Position numbers and translations under genes: made by a program. Below the pieces are notes generated by a model. It was not told the origin of the DNA. It did no database searches and worked only from the letters and a program-made list of their open reading frames with translations. Below, one piece after another: positions 27,795-41,800 of a DNA stretch of 64,000 bases. The stretch comes from the human T2T-CHM13v2.0 reference genome, Homo sapiens: NCBI RefSeq assembly GCF_009914755.1, contig NC_060948.1; one strand, given 5' to 3'. Every line of letters starts with the position of its first letter. The first letter of the stretch is position 1.

Positions 27795-30700
27795 ATATAA
27801 TGGAATGCAATGGACTCTAATGGAATGTACTAGAGTTGAATGGAATCGCATGGAATGGAAAACAATGGAAAGGAAAGGAAGGGAATTGAAAGTAAAGGAA
27901 TAGAATGGAATGGAATCGGATGGAACGGAATTGAATGGAATGGAAACTAAAGGAATAGAATAGAAAGGAATGTCATTGAATGGAATGGAAAGGAATGGAA
28001 TCAGATGGAACAGAAAGGAATGGAATAGAATCGAATGGAATGGCATCGAATGGTTTGGAATGGAATGTAATGGAATGGAATGGAATGGAAAGGAATGGAA
28101 TGGACTCAAATGGAAAGTACTCAAATGGAATAGAATAGAATGGAATGGAAGTAAATATAATGGACTCGAGTGGAATGGATTGGAATAAATTGGAATTGAA
28201 TGTATTGGATTCGAATGGAAAAGAATGGAATGGAATTGAATGGAAAGGATTCGAATGGAATGGAACGAATTGGAATGTAATTGAATGGAGTCGAAAACAG
28301 TAGAAAGAAAAGAAGTTTAATCGAATGATATCGAATGGAATTGAATGGAATGTAGGCGAATGGAATGGACTGGAATGGAGTGGAGTGACATGTAATGGAA
28401 TCGAAAGGAATGGAATCGAATGAAATGGAATTGAATGGAATAGAAAGGAATAGAATGGAATGGATTTTAATGGAAAGATATTAAAAGTAATGGAATGGAA
28501 TTGAGTGGACACGAATGGAATGGACTGGAATGTAAAGGACTCGAATGAAATGGACCGCATTAGAATGGACTCGAATGGAATGGATTGGAGTGGAATGGTC
28601 TTTAATGGATTGGAAACGAATGGAATGGAAAGGAATAGAATGGAATGTAATCAAATGGAACGAAATGGAATGGAATGGATTCGACTGGAACAGAACTGAA
28701 TGTAGTGGAATTGAGTGGAATGGAATGCAATCGAATGGAATGGACAGGAATGGAATAGAATGAAATGAAATGGCATGGAATGGAATGGAATGGAATGGAA
28801 TGGAATGGAATGACATGGCTTCGAATGGAATGGAATGGCATGGAATGAATTTGATTGGTATGGGATGGGCCCAAAAGTAATGGACTCACAGAAAAGGGAC
28901 TCAAATAGAATGAATTGGAAAGAAACGGTCTCGAATGTAATTTATTCGAAGAGAATGATATTGAATGGAATGCGATAGTATGTAATGGTATTGAATAGAA
29001 TGGAATAGAATGGAATGGAATGGAACGGAATGGAGTGCATTTGAACGGACTCCAATGCAACAAATTGCAATATAATTGATTCAAATGGAATGGAATCGAA
29101 TAGAATGTAAACAAAAGAAATGGAAGGCAATGCAATGGAAAGGAATCGAATGAAATGGAATAAATGGGATGGAATCGAATGGAAAGGACGCGAATATAAT
29201 GGACTGTTAAGGAAAGGTCTCGAATCGAATTTATTCCAATAGAATGGAATCGAAAGGAATGCAATACTGTTGAATCGAATCGAATGGAATGGAATTGAAT
29301 GGAATGGACAGGAATGGAATGAACTGGAAGTGAATGGAAAAGAACGTAATATAGTGCAATGTAATTTATTCAAATGGAATGGAATGCAATCGAATGGAAT
29401 GGACTCGATTGGAATGGACTGGAGTGGAATGGACTGAAATGGAATGGAAAGGAATGTAATGGAATGGAACGGAAAGCAAAGGAATCTACTGGAATAGAAT
29501 CGAACGGAACAGAAAGGAATGGAATGGAATGGAATGGAATGGACTCGAATGGAATGTATTCGAATGTAATGGACCGGAAAGGAATGGAATCCAATGGAAT
29601 GGAATTGAATGGAATCAAAAGGAATAGAAAGGAATAGAGTGTAATTGAATGATATCGAATGGAAGGAAATGGAATGAAGTCGAATGGAATGCACTGGAAT
29701 GGAATGGACTCGATCAGAACGGACTGGAGAGGAATGTACACAAATGGAATGGAAACGAATGGAATGGAATGAAATGGAATGGAATGAAATGGAATTGAAA
29801 GGAACGGAAGCAAATGGAATGGAATGGATTGGAATAGAATGGATTCAAATAAAATAGAATCGATAGGAATGGTATTGAATGGAAGGGACTTGAATGGAAT
29901 GGAAATCAATGGAAGATATTGGAATCGAATGGCATCGAATGAAATGGAATGGAACGGAATGGAACGGACCCGAATGGAATGGAATGGACTGAAATGTAAT
30001 GGACTCGAATGGAATCGACTGAAATATAATAGACTCGAAAGGAATGGCCTCCAGCGGAATTTATTTGAATAGAATTGAATCAAATGGAATACAAGAGTAT
30101 TGAATGGAATCGAATGGAGTGGAATCGAATGGAATGGAACGGAATTCAATATAATGGAGTAGAATGGAATGCATTGGAAAGGAGCAGAGTGGAATCGAGT
30201 GGAATGGAATCGAGTGGAATGGAATCAAAGGGAACGAAATCGAATTGAATGGACTTGAATGGAATTGACTTGAAAGGAATGGACTGGAACAAAAAGGAAT
30301 GAAATGGACAGGAATGGAATGGAATGGACTCGAATGGAATGGAGTCAAATACAAACGCATCGAATGGAATGGATTCAAATGGAATCCAATTGAATGGAAT
30401 AGAAAGGAAGAGAATGGAATTGAGAGTAATGGAAAGATATCGATTGGAATGAAATGTAATGGAAAGGATTTGAATGGAAAGGAATGGACTCGAAAGAAAT
30501 GGATTGGAATGGAATGGTCTCCAATGGAATGGACTGGAGTGGAATGGAATCGAATGGAATGAAAAGAATGGAACGGAATGGAACGGAAAGGAATAGAATG
30601 TTATGGAATCCGATTGCACGGAATGGAATGGAATGGACTTTCATGAAATGGAGTCGAATAGAGTGGCATCAAAAGGAATGGAATGGAATGGAGTGGACTC

Positions 30701-33319
30701 AAAAGGAACGGACTTGAAAGGAATGGAGTCGAAGCAAATTGAATCAAATGGATTGGAGTCGAACAGAATGGAATGGAATGGAATGAACTCGACTGGAGTA
30801 GAGAGGAATGTAAAGGAATAGAATGGAATGTAATCAAATGGATTGCAAGTGAATGGAATCAAAAATAATAGAAAGGAATGGAGTGTAAAGGGATGATATT
30901 GAATAAAATGGAATGGAATGGAAGTTAATGGAATGGAGTCGAAGGAATGGACAGGAATGTAATGGACTCCAATGGAATGGAATGGATGAAAATGGATTTG
31001 AACAGATTGGAATCGAACGGAATGGAATGCAATGGAATGGAATGGACTCGAATGGAGAAGAGACAAATGGAATGGAAACGAATTCAATGGAATTGAAAAG
31101 AATAGAATGGAATGGCCTGTAATGGTAAGATACTAAATGGAATGGAATTGAATGGAATGTAGTGGAATGGACCCAAATGTAATGCAGTCGAATGGAATAT
31201 ACTCAAATAGAATGGAATCGAAAGGAAAGGTCTCAAATGGAATTTATTCAATACAATGGAATCGAATGGAATGCAATAGAATGGAAAGGAATCGAATGTA
31301 ATGGAATCAAATAGAATGGACCAGAATGGAATGGACTGCCATAGAACGGACTGCAGTGTAATGGATTGAATTCTAATTCATTCAAATGGAATGGAATTGA
31401 ATGGAATGGAATCCAATGGATTGGATAGGATTGTACTGGAATGGAATAGCATGGAATGCAACGGAGTGGAATGGAGTTGAATGAAGTGGAATGGAATCGA
31501 TTGGAATGGAATCAAATGGAATGGACGGGAATGGAATGGACTGGAAGAGAACAGACTCGAATATAATGGATTGCAATGTAATTGATTCAAATGGAATGGA
31601 ATCGAATGGAATGTCATACAATTGAAGGGATTGGAGTTCAATGCAATGGAATAGAATGGAATGCAAAGGAAAGGAAAGGCACGGAGTGAAATCGAGTGTA
31701 ATGGAATCGAATGGAATGAAATCGAATGGAATGGACTCAAAAGAATTGGACGAGGGACAAAACGGAATCAAACTGATTGGAATGGAATGGAACGGAATGG
31801 AATGGAATGGTCTCCATTGGATGGGAGTAGAACGGATTGGAATGGAATGGAATGAAATGGAATGGAAAGGAATAGAATGGAATGGAAAGGAATGGAAGGT
31901 AATGGAAAGATATCGAACGGATTGGAAAGGAATGGAATGGACGCTAATGGAATGGAATGGAATTCAACAGAAACGAATGGAATGGACTGGAGTGAAATGG
32001 AGTCGAATGTAATTGACTGGAGAGGAATGGACTCGAAAGGAATGGACTCGAATAGAATGGACTGGAATGGAATGGATTGTACTCGAATGGAGTGGAAAGG
32101 AATAAAATGGATTCCACCAGATTGGAATGGAACAGAATGTAATGCAATGGAATGGAATGCAATGGAATGGCTCGAATGGAATGGAGTCGAACGCAATGGA
32201 AGAGAAAGGAAAGGAATTGAATGGAATTGAAAGTAATAGAATTAAATGGAGTGCAAAGGAAAGAGATGGAATGGAATGGATCGAAAAGAAATAGAATGGA
32301 ATGGACAGGAATGGAATGGAATAGACTGGCGTGCAATGAAAACGAATGGAATGGAAACGAATGGAATGGAATGGAAAGGAAAGGAGCAGAATAAATACTA
32401 TGGAATGGAATGGAATGGAATGGAATGGAATGGAATGGAATGGAGGCGAAAGGAAAAGAATGGATTGGAATGTCACCGAATGGAAAGATATGGAATTGAA
32501 AGGAATGGATACGAATGGAATGGAATAGAAAGGAAGGGAAAAGTAAAGAATGGAATGGAATCGGATAGAATGGAATGCAATATAATGGAGTCGAACGGAA
32601 AATAATCGAGTAGAATGATATCGAATGGAATGGAATTTAATGGAATGGAATGGAATGGACTCGAATGGAATGTACTCAAATGGATTAGAATAGAATGGAA
32701 TGGAACTAAACGTAATGAACTCGAATGGAATGGACACAAATAGAATGGAAGAGAAAGGAATGGTATTGAATGGAATGTATTCGAATAGAATGGAATTCAA
32801 TGGAATGCAACAGTGTGGCATGGAATCAAATGGAATGGAATTGAATGGAATGGACCCGAGTGGAATGGACTCATAGAACAGCCTCGAATGTAATGGATTA
32901 CAATGTATTAGATTCGAAAGGACTGAAATCGAATGGAATGTAATCAAATAGAACGGAATTGAATGCATGGAATGGCATAGAAAGAAATGCAATGGAATGG
33001 AATAGACTGGAATGGAATGGAATCGGATGGAATGTAATGAAATGTAATGGAAGGAATGCCATGGAATGGAATGGAACGGAATGCAATGGGACGGTGTATA
33101 ATGGAGTGCGATGGATTTCAGTGGAATGTAGTCAAAAGGAATGAAATAGAATGGAATTCAATATAATGGAATGGCATCCAATGGCAAGGAATGGAGCGGA
33201 CTCCAATGGAAAGACATGAAAGGACTATAGTATAATGGAATGGCATTGAACGAAATGGAATGCAATGGAGTTAAAAGGTAAAATATCGAATGGAAAAGAA
33301 TTGAATGGTCTCGAATGCA
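27795..33319 (+). repeat. Higher-order unit copy 6 (5525 bp, haplotype B)
   Basis: Landmark variants at 27795 and 33320. First copy with the B-diagnostic 15-bp deletion (~30266) and CAAATACAAACG (~30346). Confidence 0.93.
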
Positions 33320-36300
33320 ATATAATGGAATGGAATGGACTCGAATGGAATGTACTAGAGTTGAATGGAATCGAATGGAATGGAAAACAATGGAAAGGAA
33401 AGGAAGGGAATTGAAAGTAAAGGAATACAAAGTAATGGAATCGGATGGAACGGAATTGAATGGAATGGAAACTAAAGGAATAGAATAGAAAGGAATGGCA
33501 TTGAATGGAATGGAAAGGAATGGAATCAGATGGAACAGAAAGGAATGGAATAGCATCGAATGGAATGGCATCGAATGGTTTAGAATGGAATGTAATGGAA
33601 TGGAATGGAAAGGAATGGAATGGACTCAAATGGAATGTACTCAAATGGAATAGAATAGAATGGAATGGAAGTAAATATAATGGACTCGAGTGGAATGGAT
33701 TGGAATAAATTGGAATTGAATGTATTGGATTCGAATGGAAAGGAGTGGAATGGAATAGAATGGAATGGAATGGATTAGAATGGAATGGAACGAATTGGAA
33801 TGTAATTGAATGGAGTCGAAAACAGTCGAAAGAAAAGAAGTTTAATCGAATGATATCGAATGTAATTGAATGGAATGTAGGCGAATGGAATGGACTGGAA
33901 TGGAGTGGAGTGACATGTAATGGAATCGAAAGGAATGGAATCGAATGAAATGGAATTGAATGGAATAGAAAGGAATAGAATGGAATGGAGTTTAATGGAA
34001 AGATATTAAAAGTAATGGAATGGAATTGAGTGGACACGAATGGAATGGACTGGAATGGAAAGGACTCGAATGAAATGGACCGCATTAGAATGGACTCGAA
34101 TGGAATGGATTGGAGTGGAATGGTCTTTAATGGATTGGAAACGAATGGAATGGAAAGGAATAGAATGGAATGTAATCAAATGGAACGAAATGGAATGGAA
34201 TGGATTCGACTGAAACAGAACTGAATGTAGTGGAATTGAGTGGAATGGAATGTAATCGAATGGAATGGACACGAATGGAATAGAATGAAAAGAAATGGCA
34301 TGGAATGGAATGGAATGGAATGGAATGGAATGGAATGGAATGGAATGGCATGGCATGGCATGGAATGGCATGGAATGAAATTGATTGGAATGGGATGGGC
34401 CCAAAAGTAATGGACTCACAGAAAAGGGACTCAAATAAAATGAATTGGAAAGAAACGGTCTCGAATGTAATTTATTCGAATAGAATGATATTGAATGGAA
34501 TGCGATAGTATGGAATGGTATTGAATAGAATGGAATAGAATGGAATGGAATGGAACGGAGTGGAGTGCATTTGAACGGACTCCAATGCAACAAATTGCAA
34601 TATAATTGATTCAAATGGAATGGAATCGAATAGAATGTAAACAAATGAAATGGAAGGCAATGCAATGGAAAGGAATCGAATGAAATGGAATAAATGGGAT
34701 GGAATCGAATGGAAAGGACGCGAATATAATGGACTGTTAAGGAAAGGTCTCGAATCGAATTTATACCAATAGAATGGAATCGAACGGAATGCAATATTAT
34801 TGAATCGAATCGAATGGAATGGAATTGAATGGAATGGACAGGAATGGAATGAACTGGAAGTGAATGGAAAAGAACGTAATATAGTGCAATGTAATTTATT
34901 CAAATGGAATGGAATGCAATCGAATGGAATGGACTCGATTGGAATGGACTGGAGTGGAATGGACTGAAATGGAATGGAAAGGAATGTAATGGAATGGAAC
35001 GGAAAGCAAAGGAATCTACTGGAATAGAATCGAACGGAACAGAAAGGAATGGAATGGAATGGAGTGGAATGGACTCGAATGGAATGTATTCGAATGTAAT
35101 GGACCGGAAAGGAATGGAATCCAATGGAATGGAATTGAATGGAATCAAAAGGAATAGAAAGGAATAGAGTGTAATTGAATGATATCGAATGGAAGGAAAT
35201 GGAATGAAGTCGAATGGAATGCACTGGAATGGAATGGACTCGATCAGAACGGACTGGAGAGGAATGTACACAAATGGAATGGAAACGAATGGAATGGAAT
35301 GAAATGGAATGGAATGAAATGGAATTGAGAGGAACGGAATCAAATGGAATGGAATGGATTGGAATAGAATGGATTCAAATAAAATAGAATCGATAGGAAT
35401 GGTATTGAATGGAAAGGACTTGAATGGAATGGAAATCAATGGAAGATATTGGAATCGAATGGCATCGAATGAAATGGAATGGAACGGAATGGAACGGACC
35501 CGAATGGAATGGAATGGACTGAAATGTAATGGACTCGAATGGAATCGACTGAAATATAATAGACTCGAAAGGAATGGCCTCCAGCGAAATTTATTTGAAT
35601 AGAATTGAATCAAATGGAATACAAGAGTATTGAATGGAATCGAATGGAATGGAATCGAATGGAATGGAACGGAATTCAATATAATGGAGTAGAATGGAAT
35701 GCATTGGAAAGGAGCAGAGTGGAATCGAGTGGAATGGAATCGAGTGGAATGGAATCAAAGGGAACGAAATCGAATTGAATGAACTTGAATGGAATTGACT
35801 CGAAAGGAATGGACTGGAACAAAAAGGAATGAAATGGACAGGAATGGAATGGAATGGACTCGAATGGAATGGAGTCAGATACAAACGCATCGAATGGAAT
35901 GGATTCAAATGGAATGCAATTGAATGGAATAGAAAGGAAGAGAATTGAATTGAGAGTAATGGAAAGATATCGATTGGAATGAAATGGAATGGAAAGGATT
36001 TGAATGGAAAGGAATGGACTCGAAAGAAATGGATTGGAATGGAATGGTCTCCAATGGAATGGACTGGAGTGGAATGGAATCGAATGGAATGAAAAGAATG
36101 GAACGGAATGGAACGGAAAGGAATAGAATGTTATGGAATCCGATTGGACAGAATGGAATGGAATGGACTTTCATGAAATGGAGTCGAATAGAGTGGCATC
36201 AAAAGGAATGGAATGGAATGGAGTGGACTCAAAAGGAACGGACTCGAAAGGAATGGAGTCGAAGCAAATTGAATCAAATGGATTGGAGTCGAACAGAATG

Positions 36301-38865
36301 GAATGGAATGGAATGAACTCGACTGGAGTAGAGAGGAATGTAAAGGAATAGAATGGAATGTAATCAAATGGATTGCAAGTGAATGGAATCAAAAATAATA
36401 GAAAGGAATGGAGTTTAAAGGGATGATATTGAATAAAATGGAATGGAATGGAAGTTAATGGAATGGAGTCGAAGGAATGGACAGGAATGTAATGGACTCC
36501 AATGGAATGGAATGGATGAAAATGGATTTGAACAGATTGGAATCGAACGGAATGGAATGCAATGGAATGGAATGGACTCGAATGGAGAAGAGACAAATGG
36601 AATGGAAACGAATTCAATGGAATTGAAAAGAATAGAATGGAATGGCGTGTAATGGTAAGATACTAAATGGAATGGAATTGAATGGAATGTAGTGGAATGG
36701 ACCCAAATGTAATGCAGTCGAATAGAATATACTGAAATAGAATGGAATCGAAAGGAAAGGTCTCAAATGGAATTTATTCAATACAATGGAATCGAATGGA
36801 ATGCAATAGAATGGAAAGGAATCGAATGTAATGGAATCAAATAGAATGGACCAGAATGGAATGGACTGTCATAGAACGGACTGCAGTGTAATGGATTGAA
36901 TTCTAATTCATTCAAATGGAATGGAATGGAATGGAATGGAATCCAATGGAATGGATAGGATTGTACTGGAATGGAATAGCATGGAATGCAACGGAGTGGA
37001 ATGGAATTGAATGAAGTGGAATGGAATCGATTGGAATGGAATCAAATGGAATGGACGGGAATGGAATGGACTGGAAGAGAACAGACTCGAATATAATGGA
37101 TTGCAATGTAATTGATTCAAATGGAATGGAATCGAATGGAATGTCATAAAATTGAAGGGATTGGAGTTCAATGCAATGGAATAGAATGGAATGCAAATGA
37201 AAGGAAAGGCACGGAGTGAAATCGAGTGTAATGGAATCGAATGGAATGAAATCGAATGGAATGGACTCAAAAGAAATGGACGAGGGACAAAACGGAATCA
37301 AACTGATTGGAATCGAATGGAACGGAATGGAATGGAATGGTCTCCATTGGATGGGAGTAGAACGGATTGGAATGGAATGGAATGAAATGGAATGGAAAGG
37401 GATAGAATGGAATGGAAAGGAATGGAAGGTAATGGAAAGATATCGAACGGATTGGAAAGGAATGGAATGGACGCTAATGGAATGGAATGGAATTCAACAG
37501 AAACGAATGGAATGGACTGGAGTGAAATGGAGTCGAATGTAATTCACTGGAGATGAATGGACTCGAAAGGAATGGACTCGAATAGAATGGACTGGAATGG
37601 ATTGTATTCGAATGGAGTGGAAAGGAATAAAATGGATTCCACCAGATTGGAATGGAACAGAATGTAATGCAATGGAATGGAATGCAATGGAATGGCTCGA
37701 ATGGAATGGAGTCGAATGCAATGGAAGGGAAAGGAAAGGAATTGAATGAAATTGAAAGTAATAGAATTAAACGGAGTGCAAAGGAAAGATATGGAATGGA
37801 ATGGATCGAAAAGAAATAGAATGGAATGGACAGGAATGGAATGGAATAGACTGGCGTGCAATGCAAACGAATGGAATGGAAACGAATGGAATGCAATTGA
37901 AAGGAATGGAGTAGAATAAATACTATGGAATGGAATGGAATGGAATGGAATGGAATGGAATGGAATGGAATGGAATGGAGGAGAAAGGAAAAGAATGGAT
38001 TGGAATGTCACCGAATGGAAAGATATGGAATGGAAAGGAATGGATACGAATGGAATGGAATAGAAAGGAATGGAAAGGTAAAGAATGGAATGGAATCGGA
38101 TAGAATGGAATGCAATATAATGGAGTCGAGTGGAAAATAATCGAGTAGAATGATATCGAATGGAATGGAATTTAATGAAATGGAATGGAATGGAATGGAA
38201 TGGACTCGAATGGAATGTACTCAAATGGATTAGAATAGAATGGAATGGAACTAAACGTAATGAACTCGAATGGAATGGACACAAATAGAATGGAAGAGAA
38301 AGGAATGGTATTGAATGGAATGTATTCGAATAGAATGGAATTCAATGGAATGCAACAGTGTGGCATGGAATCAAATGGAATGGAATCGAATGGAATGGAC
38401 CCGAGTGGAATGGACTCATAGAACAGCCTCGAATGTAATGGATTACAATTTATTAGATTCGAAAGGACTGAAATCGAATGGAATGTAATCAAATAGAACG
38501 GAATTGAATGCATGGAATGGCATAGAAAGAAATGCAATGGAATGGAATAGACTGGAATGGAATGGAATTGGATGGAATGTAATGAAATGTAATGGAAGGA
38601 ATGCCATGGAATGGAATGGAACGGAATGCAATGGGACGGTGTATAATGGAGTGCAATGGATTTCAGTGGAATGTAGTCAAAAGGAATGAAATAGAATGGA
38701 ATTCAATATAATGGAATGGCATCCAATGGCAAGGAATGGAGCGGACTCCAATGGAAACGACATGAAAGGACTATAATATAATGGAATGGCATTGAACGAA
38801 ATGGAATGCAATGGAGTTAAAAGGTAAAATATCGAATGGAAAAGAATTGAATGGACTCGAATGGA
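33320..38865 (+). repeat. Higher-order unit copy 7 (5546 bp, haplotype B)
   Basis: Landmark at 33320 and 38866. B-diagnostic variants at ~35796 and ~35881. Confidence 0.93.
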
Positions 38866-41800
38866 ATATAATGGAATGGAATGGACTCGAATGGAATGTA
38901 CTAGAGTTGAATGGAATCGAATGGAATGGAAAACAATGGAAAGGAAAGGAAGGGAATTGAAAGTAAAGGAATAGAATGTAATGGAATCGGATGGAACGGA
39001 ATTGAATGGAATGGAAACTAAAGGAATAGAATAGAAAAGAATGGCATTGAATGGAATGGAAAGGAATGGAATCAGATGGAACAGAAAGGAATGGAATAGC
39101 ATCGAATGGAATGGCATCGAATGGTTTAGAATGGAATGTAATGGAATGGAATGGAAAGGAATGGAATGGACTCAAATGGAATGTACTCAAATGGAATAGA
39201 ATAGAATGGAATGGAAGTAAATATAATGGACTCGAGTGGAATGGATTGGAATAAATTGGAATTGAATGTATTGGATTCGAATGGAAAGGAGTGGAATGGA
39301 ATGGAATGGAATGGAATGGATTAGAATGGAATGGAACGAATTGGAATGTAATTGAATGGAGTCGAAAACAGTAGAAAGAAAAGAAGTTTAATCGAATGAT
39401 ATCGAATGGAATTGAATTGAATGTAGGCGAATGGAATGGACTGGAATGGAGTGGAGTGACATGTAATGGAATCGAAAGGAATGGAATCGAATGAAATGGA
39501 ATTGAATGGAATAGAAAGGAATAGAATGGAATGGAGTTTAATGGAAAGATATTAAAAGTAATGGAATGGAATTGAGTGGACACGAATGGAATGGCCTGGA
39601 ATGGAAAGGACTCGAATGAAATGGACGGCAATAGAATGGACTCGAATGGAATGGATTGGAGTGGAATGGTCTCTAATGGATTGGAAACGAATGGAATGGA
39701 AAGGAATAGAATGGAATGTAATCAAATGGAACGAAATGGAATGGAATGGATTCGACTGGAACAGAACTGAATGTAGTGGAATTGAGTGGAATGGAATGTA
39801 ATCGAATGGAATGGACACGAATGGAATAGAATGAAATGAAATGGCATGGAATGGAATGGAATGGAATGGAATGGAATGGAATGGAATGGAATGGAATGGA
39901 ATGGAATGGCATGGCATGGCATGGAATGGAATGGCATGGAATGAAATTGATTGGAATGGGATGGGCCCAAAAGTAATGGACTCACAGAAAAGGGACTGGA
40001 ATAGAATGAATTGGAAGAAACGGTCTCGAATATAATTTATTCGAATAGAATGATATTGAATGGAATGCGATAGTATGGAATGGTATTGAATAGAATGGAA
40101 TAGAATGGAATGGAATGGAACGGAATGGAGTGCATTTGAACGGACTCCAATGCAACAAATTGCAATATAATTGATTCAAATGGAATGGAATCGAATAGAA
40201 TGTAAAAAAATGAAATGGAAGGCAATGCAATGGAAAGGAATCGAATGAAATGGAATAAATGGGATGGAATCGAATGGAAAGGACGCGAATATAATGGACT
40301 GTTAAGGAAAGGTCACGAATCGAATTTATTCCAATAGAATGGAATCGAACGGAATGCAATACTATTGAATCGAATCGAATGGAATGGAATTGAATGGAAT
40401 GGACAGGAATGGAATGAACTGGAAGTGAATGGAAAAGAACGTAATGTAGTGCAATGTAATTTATTCAAATAGAATGGAATGCAATCGAATGGAATGGACT
40501 CGATTGGAATGGACTGGAGTGGAATGGACTGAAATGGAATGGAAAGGAATGTAAGGGAATGGACCGGAAAGCAAAGGAATCTACTGGAATAGAATCGAAC
40601 GGAACAGAAAGGAATGGAATGGAATGGAGTGGAATGGACTCGAATGGAATGTATTCGAATGCAGTGGACCGGAAAGGAATGGAATCCAATGGAATGGAAT
40701 TGAATGGAATCAAAAGGAATAGAAAGGAATAGAGTGTAATTGAATGATATCGAATGGAAGGAAATGGAATGAACTCGAATGGAATGCACTGGAATGGAAT
40801 GGACTCGATCAGAACGGACTGGAGAGGAATGTACACAAATGGAATGGAAACGAATGGAATGGAATGAAATGGAATGGAATGAAATGGAATTGAAAGGAAC
40901 GGAATCAAATGGAATGGAATGGATTGGAATAGAATGGATTCAAATAAAATAGAATCGATAGGAATGGTATTGAATGGAAGGGACTTGAATGGAATGGAAA
41001 TCAATGGAAGATATCGGAATCGAATGGCATCGAATGAAATGGAATGGAACGGAATGGAACGGACCCGAATGGAATGGAATGGACTGAAATGTAATAGACT
41101 GAAATGTAATGGACTCGAATGGAATCGACTGAAATATAATAGACTCGAAAGGAATGGCCTCCAGCGGAATTTATTTGAATAGAATTGAATCAAATGGAAT
41201 ACAAGAGTATTGAGTGGAACCGAATGGAATGGAATCGAATGGAATGGAACGGAATTCAATATAATGGAGTAGAATGGAATGCATTGGAAAGGAGCAGAGC
41301 GGAATCGAGTGGAATGGAATCGAGTGGAATGGAATCAAAGGGAACGAAATCGAATTGAATGGACTTGAATGGAATTGACTCGAAAGGAATGGACTGGAAC
41401 AAAAAGGAATCAAATGGACAGGAATGGAATGGAATGGACTCGAATGGAATGGAGTCAAATACAAACGCATCGAATGGAATGGATTCAAATGGAATGCAAT
41501 TGAATGGAATAGAAAGGAAGAGAATGGAATTGAGAGTAATGGAAAGATATCGATTGGAATGAAATGGAATGGAAAGGATTTGAATGGAAAGGAATGGACT
41601 CGAAAGAAATGGATTGGAATGGAATGGTCTCCAATGGAATGGACTGGAGTGGAATGGAATCGAATGGAATGAAAAGAATGGAACGGAATGGAACGGAAAG
41701 GAATAGAATGTTATGGAATCCGATTGGACAGAATGGAATGGAATGGACTTTCATGAAATGGAGTCGAATAGAGTGGCATCAAAAGGAATGGAATGGAATG

